NCBI GenBank assembly: GCA_012295275.1
Contig: CM022665.1
Span: 42,408,001 to 42,472,000, forward strand
Direction: 5' to 3'
DNA: 64,000 nucleotides
DNA from: Chrysomallon squamiferum
Lineage: Eukaryota > Animalia > Mollusca
Translations under genes and position numbers: made by a program
Notes under the pieces: generated by a model
What the model was told of the DNA's origin: nothing
Seen by the model: only the letters and a program-made list of their open reading frames with translations
Database searches by the model: none
Part shown: positions 56,353 through 64,000 of the stretch, in pieces
Layout of the letters: every line of letters begins with the position of its first letter
Numbering within the stretch: position 1 is the stretch's first letter

Positions 56353-58258
56353 ACGGCATTACGTTTCTTCATCTTTGGTAGTTTAAGGCATCGTCGTATC
56401 TAATTATCTAAATCTTGCATTATTGTTAATGGCATCTGGAGTCTACATATCTCTCGTGGTACAGGACTTCGTCAAATCAGAATCACCGACAGCTTTGACT
56501 TTCACTAATAGATTAACATACTAACCTATAGAGTTTGTTATTAAATTTCTGTGCGAATCTAATTTATCTCTGTGTTGACAGAGATAAGTTAGATTCGTAC
56601 AGAAATTTAATAACAAACGTAAAAGAAATGCTTTCAAGAAGAAAGAAAACAAGAGTTGTGAAAAAAATACGGAAATTACCGAATATATACGAACAACCTT
56701 CTAACAAACTAACCGAGCACTGGCAGCAAATCCGCGTACAGACACGTGCTCGACATTCAGGCACGTATTTCTTGGCCACACCATTCGAGAACGTTCTAAC
56801 AGAAGGTTGTGAAAAGTCGTGTTTTGTAACCTGCTCGCTCATTAAAACCACGGGGATTTTCAGTTACCATGGTTTTTAAACCCGCAAGTCAGTCCACCTA
56901 CATAAATTACATGCCCTGTAACAGTTTGGAAATTCGATATTTCGTTTGTCTGTCTGTTGGGCTAAAAAAAGCTCATCGATAGGTGTTAAGAGAAGCGTAT
57001 TATTAGCCACGTTCAGGAGTTCTTGAGTACCTGTGTGTATATTACCTACAAGTATAATTATATTACACGCCGGTTTTCAATTACATGCGTTATTACCAGA
57101 TGGTATGTATTATATGCATGTACAAAACACACGAGATAAGAAAGCTTTTTGGGTAAATCTATATGATGTGAGCGAAATGGTACTTGAAAAGTGCTAAACA
57201 AACAAGGCCACGTTACGTAATCTTTACGAACACGAAAAAGATCGGTTCGCTTTCAGATTTGGACGGAAACAAAATACGAAAGTTAATCGCGACTGAGTCT
57301 TCGCTAATTCTCCGTTTGTTATGCAATGGATCGCGTAACGCTGCAAGGTTGAGGAACTACGTGACCTAAAATACACAGAGGCTTTTGCCCTGATCTAACC
57401 CTGACTGGTTATTTATGGAGTAACCCAGGGCAGTTGGCAAGGGACTGAGGCAAACTTCGCTCGTACCAGTCGGCGAGCAATACTCAGACGACAGGTCTGA
57501 GGTGCGTGCTTCGGAAAAGATACAGGAAAAATAAAACAAATATTTAAAAATTAAATGATTTTCCTTTTCTTAAATTGTCTTTGATCTTTATTTTTAATAT
57601 TATTATTACTTTTTTATTATTATTATTTATTTAATGTACTTTATATTTTACTTGAAAAAAAAATGACAAATAAAATTTGTAAAAATATGCATCTCAATAT
57701 TAATTTTTAAAATGAAATCCAGATCCTTAAACAAGAATGTAATTAATGATTTAAATTATTAGGTTAGTGGATAAGTAGATAAATAAATTTAATCCTATGG
57801 GTACATTTGACGTTTGAAGCTGTATTACATTTTCAGTATTATTATTTACAATATTAATTATTAAACATATTTTTAATTATATTTCACATTCGTTTTAAAC
57901 AAAGGATCAAGAAAAGAAACTTGTAAGTGATAAAAACGGACGCAGTTAAACATTTATATTTTCCTCAAATCGTTCCGCAATTTTAAGGACGTGAGGAATT
58001 GATTACCACGGTTACTCAGTCTTTATAGAAATTTTCTAGTAATAACAATTGAACTTCACTAATGTCTTCTTTCTGAGCGTAATACTTGAAATATTACACT
58101 TTTTATATCTAGTTTTAAAATTGGACAATATCGCAAAGGTTAGTGCTGTCCTGATACACTGTTGATCACATATCCCGTCTTAATATCAAATCTGTAGAGA
58201 ACATTTTTACTTTCATATTCTAACAACCAAAACAAAGCAAAATTGACAGAGTGAAAAC

Positions 58259-58264
58259 TTTATT
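58259..58264 (-). terminator. Candidate CLASRP polyadenylation signal
   Basis: Minus strand AATAAA followed ~20 nt later by GU-rich ttttgctttgttttggttgtt. It coincides with the CpG-content boundary. Confidence 0.5.
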
Positions 58265-58887
58265 GAAATATTTGTTCCCTGCTTCTCAATTATACAAGGA
58301 AATGTAACAAAAATACAGTTAATTGTAACCAAAAACACAGAATAATCCACTGGTGCTAATTCATACAGGATTAATCCTTATGTGCCAGTACTTAAGGATT
58401 AACATAAACAGGATTTAACCATGAACTATGCAGGAATTTGGAATTATTTGGAATCATGATGTATACAGCATAAACATTTTGTTATCATTTACCTAGGATT
58501 AATCCTTTAACGTTATCTCACACAGTTAATCCTCTTCAAACCATAATTATTACAGGATTAATCTTTTTCTGTCATTTTCACAGGATTAATCTTTTTTGTC
58601 ATTTTCACTTTTGTCATATTCACAGGATTAACCTTTTTTTCCCCTGAAATTTGCACAGAATTAATCCTTTGGCGCTTCAATTTATACAATTTATTACTTT
58701 CAAACTACCATGTATACATAATCTTTTACTCTACAGACAGGCAAACACATGGAGGAACTGGACTCATCGACTTGACCAGATGACCAATGAATGACCTGTA
58801 GCACTGCTCGATATGTATCACAAGAAATAGATGACATGATATTAAAATTAAACAAAATAACAAATAAAAAAATTGAAATAAATAAAA

Positions 58888-58934
<47 letters not shown>

Positions 58935-59839
58935 AAACTGATAATGTAGATAATAAATAATCACAATAATTTTAATAAATAAATAATTAAATAAAAACTT
59001 TATTATTTTTTAGTATTGTAAATTTTTAACCACTGTTCATTTGCTAATGATATCCAGAATTTGCTTTACTTAATGTAATATTATTAACTGTTATAAAGCG
59101 AACAAGATTAAAAACAAAGTTTAAATCCTCAACCATATATATTATATTACACACAAAAACATTAAGAAGAAAATAACCATAAAGGAGGACATTGTTTTTA
59201 ACCAATGAATTTTAAGCACATTTTGTGTATAAAATATCAACCATATAACCCATAAAATGTATTGCAGTGGTTAACTTCATCATCACAATATTGTATTTTA
59301 CTTTTAAATGTTAAAAAAGAAGAAGAAGAAAAAAGATAATAATAAAACAATTTAAATAATTACATATGTATAACCAGCTAAAATTTAAACACTTTTCAAT
59401 AACAGATCTTAACCTAGTATTTTTTTTTTTTTAATAACTGGATTTAAAAGTCATAAAATTCAAGAACTTTCAAGAATTTCCAGGCAGCACAAGAATCATA
59501 TTTGTTGGATGATTCAAGCTGTTGTGTTAAGGTTTATTTTTTCTGCTTTAAAGCAGGCTGGTGGGTACAGTATTGTTATGTATATAACAAGCCACAGTAT
59601 CTACATCGTCTGTGATTTTTTTTTTTAACATACTAAATATTGTAGTAATAAAATAAAACAAATATATTCTAATCATTCTTTTTCACATTTATTTTACATC
59701 ACATGTAAATGCTCTTGGTTTCTAGCGATGGTTATATTGCATCATAACAATGATTACACACACAAATCTACACAAATTAAAAACATACCACACACAAAAC
59801 ACAAGTCAACAGTTACATCTCTACACTAAACTATACATT

Positions 59840-60375
59840 CAGTAGTTTTTCACCAAACTGCAATGATGTTGTTTTTTTCCCAGCATTTTCAATTTATCAC
59901 CAAACTGTAATGAATTGTTTTTCAGTATTTTCAGTTACTCACTAAAATGTAAAGAATCTGTTTCAGTAATTTTAAGTTTTCATCAAACTGTAATAATTCT
60001 TTTTGTCAGTGTTTTGAACTTTTTACTAAAACGTAATGAATTTTCTTGAGTATTTTCAATATTTCACCACAATATATATATTATATATATATTTTTTTTT
60101 ATATATATATTTTTAACTTATCATCAAACACTTCTACAATCATTTACAGATTATTTAATTAAGTATTTTTTTAATTTATCACCAAATAATTTTGCCATCT
60201 ACTTCAAAACATTTCATACTTTTTAAAAATTAATAACCAAAAATATTTCATTCTTTTTTATTTATTACCAAATATAATTTTGCTGCCTACTACAAAACAG
60301 TTCATTTTTTAAAGTATTACCAAACAGTTTTGTTATTTACCATAAACTATTATTTTTATTTTTAACTTATCATCA
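59840..60375. repeat. Degenerate ~37-40 bp repeat in the CLASRP 3'UTR
   Basis: Recurrent ttttcaatttatcaccaaactgtaatga / ttattaccaaa. Confidence 0.6.
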
Positions 60376-60540
60376 GAGAGTTCTGTGAGTGTTTAGAGTT
60401 CAGCTCTGTGTGGAGCTGTGTGGATGCTTATTGCCTAACTTGCATGATTCTGAGAATCACTGGTCAGTGAAGCTGGTAAGTGTTTTTCTTCTCCTGTTGT
60501 AGACTTCAACTGTCTGGCTGTGTTCAACTTGCTGCTGGTT

Positions 60541-60610
60541 TCAGTAAGCTACAAGTTTGTGTCTGTCTCTTGATCGAGATCGCGATCGTGATCTGGAGCG
60601 GGAATAAGAT
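60541..60610 (-). CDS. CLASRP: CLASRP terminal coding exon (RSYSRSRSRSRSRSRDRHKLVAY*)
   Basis: Minus strand ttttttcag|A TCT TAT..., RS dipeptide tail and TGA at 60543-60541. The phase 2 junction is consistent. Confidence 0.88.
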
Positions 60611-61166
60611 CTGAAAAAACAGATAATAATAAAAACATCATTAACTAAACTAGATTTAAAAATACCATTAACAAAATTAATGTATTAAATATAAATACAA
60701 TTTAAAAAAAAGAAATTATTAATAGATTAATTTATTTACAAATACAATTTTTACTAAAAAATCATTAATAATTTAATATATTATATATAAAAACAATTTG
60801 AAAAAACAATCATTAATAGATTAATATAAGTATAAATACATTTTGAAGTAAATAACTTAATATTAATTAAATCTGCATAAACTCTGTTTTTAAAACAAAG
60901 TCCAAAAACATGAAGAAAATAAAATATATATATATATAAAGAATAATTTTCTTTTAAATTTGTTAATCTAAATATACAGAGATAAAACTTAAAATAGAAA
61001 ACCAAATAACACAAAGTTATCTAAAACTGAAACAAATAATTTTAATTAACCCCCCCCAAAAAAACCTGTCTCCAAATAAGCACATGCCTTCAAGCACATT
61101 TTTTGAAAAATATGAAAACAATTCCAAACTGTTATTGACCAAACTACAAACTACAAACTAACTAAC

Positions 61167-61360
61167 CTCCTTCGTCTCATTCTCAGAGAAAGCATCTCCT
61201 CGCTGTGGCTGTCGCTGCTGGAGCTGGCAGCGTTTCTTGGACTGGGTCTGCGATACGACCGTCTGTCCAGGTGTTCCTCGGCCTGCAGCTCCCTGTGACG
61301 TTTCTCTCGTTCACGTCGTCTCATCTCCAACGCTCTCGTCCTCAGCTCTTCCTCTCTGTC
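61167..61360 (-). CDS. CLASRP: CLASRP exon (DREEELRTRALEMRRREREKRHRE...SLRMRRR)
   Basis: Minus strand tgtag|GAC...AG|gttagt, 194 nt open. Resembles EREDELRAMARKIRMKERERRE of CLASRP. Confidence 0.88.
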
Positions 61361-61424
61361 CTACACCAGACAGCAAATTAATAAACACAGAAATTACTTT
61401 TCTTTCTCATCTACTCCAATTTAC

Positions 61425-61641
61425 CTTTAATTTATTACCAAACTATTTCATACCTTTAATTTATTACCAAACTATTTCATACTTTTAATTTATTACCAAA
61501 CCATTTCATACTTTTAATTTATTACCAAACTATTTCATACTTTTAATTTATTACCAAACTATTTCATACTTCTAATTTATTACCAAACCATTTCATACTT
61601 TTAATTTATTACCAAACTATTTCATATTTCTAATTTATTAT
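61425..61641. repeat. 29-bp minisatellite, ~7 copies, in a CLASRP intron
   Basis: Unit tttaatttattaccaaactatttcatact. Confidence 0.95.
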
Positions 61642-61960
61642 TTTATATATATATATATATGTTTTATCCAATTCCAACTGCAGCTCTAAGTATTTTGTTA
61701 GGCTAATCTTCATATGGAATTGAAATTCTGCCGTAAAGGAAATTTAAGACAGCTAAGTTATGATAAAAATGACATCCAATAGCCTATGTATTTTTCATGG
61801 TGTGATATCATTAAACATTTCAATCATTCCTAAAAAAGTTATCATAATAGCTGTAAATGCACACAATCTAACTCACATGCAACAAATATTTCAAGGCTTA
61901 CAAGACGAAATTCCCTATATAAATTTCAGTAAGATAAAAAAAATAATATTAAAGACTCAC

Positions 61961-62019
61961 CAGTCTTTCCTGTTCCACTTTCAAAGTACGATGAACTTCA
62001 GCCTTTTTGTCGAGTTTGT
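61961..62019 (-). CDS. CLASRP: CLASRP exon (HKLDKKAEVHRTLKVEQERL)
   Basis: Minus strand ttttag|AC...CTG|gtgagt, 59 nt, phase-compatible with both neighbours. Aligns by eye to the FKADKKAAQEK...EHERQ segment. Confidence 0.88.
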
Positions 62020-62354
62020 CTAAAATTGGAAAAGAAAAACATACGACAATTTTAAATATTTTGTTTTTAAAAGACATCCTTTAAAACAATTATTAGGAAA
62101 ACAATTCAGTTTAAAATTCTGTTTACAAAACAATTTAATAAAAGACTTAACTGAAATTTATAAAATTTGTTCTGTTGTAAGTCGTTCTAAAGAAAAACAC
62201 TAATAATGCTGTTCACATTTAAAAATAAAATATAAAAAATCATTCTCCATTTTCTGATCCAGTATCCATGCAACAACTAAAACAGCTCAAATTAATTAAT
62301 AATTTAAAAAAATATAATTGTTAAAACAAAACAAAATAATGTTTTTATTCTTAC

Positions 62355-62415
62355 GCTGTCGGTTGAGTTGGGCCTGCATCCTGCGTTTCAGTCGTTCCTG
62401 AGGTGTCAGCTTGTT
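62355..62415 (-). CDS. CLASRP: CLASRP exon (NKLTPQERLKRRMQAQLNRQ)
   Basis: Minus strand ttttcag|AAC...CAGC|gtaaga, 61 nt. Resembles the conserved CLASRP C-terminal KLTPQEKLKLRMQKALNRQ motif. Confidence 0.9.
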
Positions 62416-64000
62416 CTGAAAATTTCAAACACGTCACCTAAATTATCACGAAACAGAAAACTCTCCATTCCTTGCCTCCAGTTCATTTACAAGATGAAAA
62501 AGAAAACTTGTAAAACATCTTTGTAGAATTCAGCATCTTCTGCTGAGGACACTGATTTTCCTGTACATACAACTTAATATGTGTGGACCTGTGTTTCACT
62601 TCACATACACATCTGATACCAGCACAAAACACACTGGGAAACTGTTTCCTATAAACAACAGCCTCCACAGAAATAAATGTTAACTCTCTCGCAACACTCT
62701 CTCCTGAAAACTGTATTTTATTACAGGCAACTTATTTAACAAACTTCTTAGATCAAAAGCACTGTATGTTTACATACTGGAACTTTTTATAGAAGTAGAT
62801 GATGCCCAGAAATGACACTAGATCAATACAAAAGATGATACGATATCCCAGCAATTCTGTCATAATTCAGTTTACAAGGGAAATCAAAATGTTACTGGAG
62901 TGTATTTGAGAATATGTGTTTAACCATGATTTGGACATCAAACAGAAAAACTAAAAATGTTTAAGCTCAGCTAGAAATATCAAACAATTTTGCCTTCTAT
63001 TACAGAATATTTAATTAATAAATTATTTAAACAATTTTGTCCTTACATTCCAGATTATATCAAACACAAAGTCCACAAAGATCCAGTTTGTATAAAATTA
63101 TAATTAGAAAGAGTTTAGTTCTTTATTATTTCCCCATCACAAAATAATTCAAGAAAAACTATCCACATGTTAATAACAGCTCTTTGAACAGCAAACAACC
63201 AGTCATGAAAACTATTGCATGATTTACAGAAGATATGGTAAATGTTTCCATCTGAATAAGAAAATCTATTTCTGGATCTTCATAAAGCCATGCCTGTTTT
63301 CACAATACATATCTATGTACAGCAGAAAATAATCACTGACCACAGCAAAGCCTTTTTCACATTACCCTTTTTAAAAAATCCAACAAAACAAAGAAATGTC
63401 CTATGTTAGCCACATTACCAATATTAACCACTTGTTAGTAACAGGAACATTTACCAATAATCTAAAAAATGAAGCTCCTAATCAAACTAGAAATTTATTG
63501 GGAAACACATCAGATGTAGGGATACAGCTAAAATTTTACCTTTGCTATTTCAACATCTAAACAACTCAAAAGAAGACGACAAGTCTAGGCATAAAGTTTG
63601 GGAGAAAGAAAAAAATGCTTATTTTAAAGCAGCAACTCATTTTTCACTTAAATGAAACTACATTTATCAAAAGCATGTTTTGAATTTCTGTACATTCCTT
63701 TTTAAGCAAATTCAAGCAGAGGTTAAATTGAAATAGTAAAATAAATATTTAAAATGTTTGGTGATTCCAAAACCACGTAAACATATTTAAAGACAGGCCA
63801 ATTCAAAAACAAAAAAAAATTAAAAATTAAAAAATGCACTAAAAATTAAAAATAAGAAGTATTCTAACTTTTAGTCCCAAATAGTGCATTATATACTTAT
63901 ACAGTGAAAATCCAATTTTAACTAACTAAAATCATAAAAAATAAAAACTATATCGCTTATATGTTAATCCCAGTAATTTACATATTGAAAAACATTTATA

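Noticed and set aside
61237-61488. + strand 83-aa ORF
   Set aside because: Antisense shadow of the real CLASRP exon.

Overview
AT-rich, microsatellite-dense animal genomic DNA. The repeat style and protein sequences suggest an invertebrate, possibly a mollusc; this is inference. No prokaryotic features or CRISPR array are present. Two genes lie tail to tail. On the + strand is the large terminal coding exon (20376-22669) of a BCL11A/B-family zinc-finger factor, preceded by about 20 kb of intron and followed by a probable ~7 kb 3'UTR. On the - strand are the last four coding exons (62415 to 60541) of a CLASRP/SFRS16 orthologue, which the ORF track misses. Between the genes is a ~25 kb CpG-retaining gene-free interval with enhancer-like islands. 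Main observations: (1) the BCL11/CLASRP convergent pair mirrors human ZNF296/CLASRP; (2) dense clusters of the BCL11 binding motif TGACCA lie in the gene's own intron and downstream; (3) there is a candidate alternative first exon giving an N-terminally truncated BCL11; (4) CpG depletion has sharp boundaries that track the gene bodies; (5) a piggyBac-like MITE sits in the 3'UTR. Nearly all other ORF-track entries are microsatellite or shadow ORFs.
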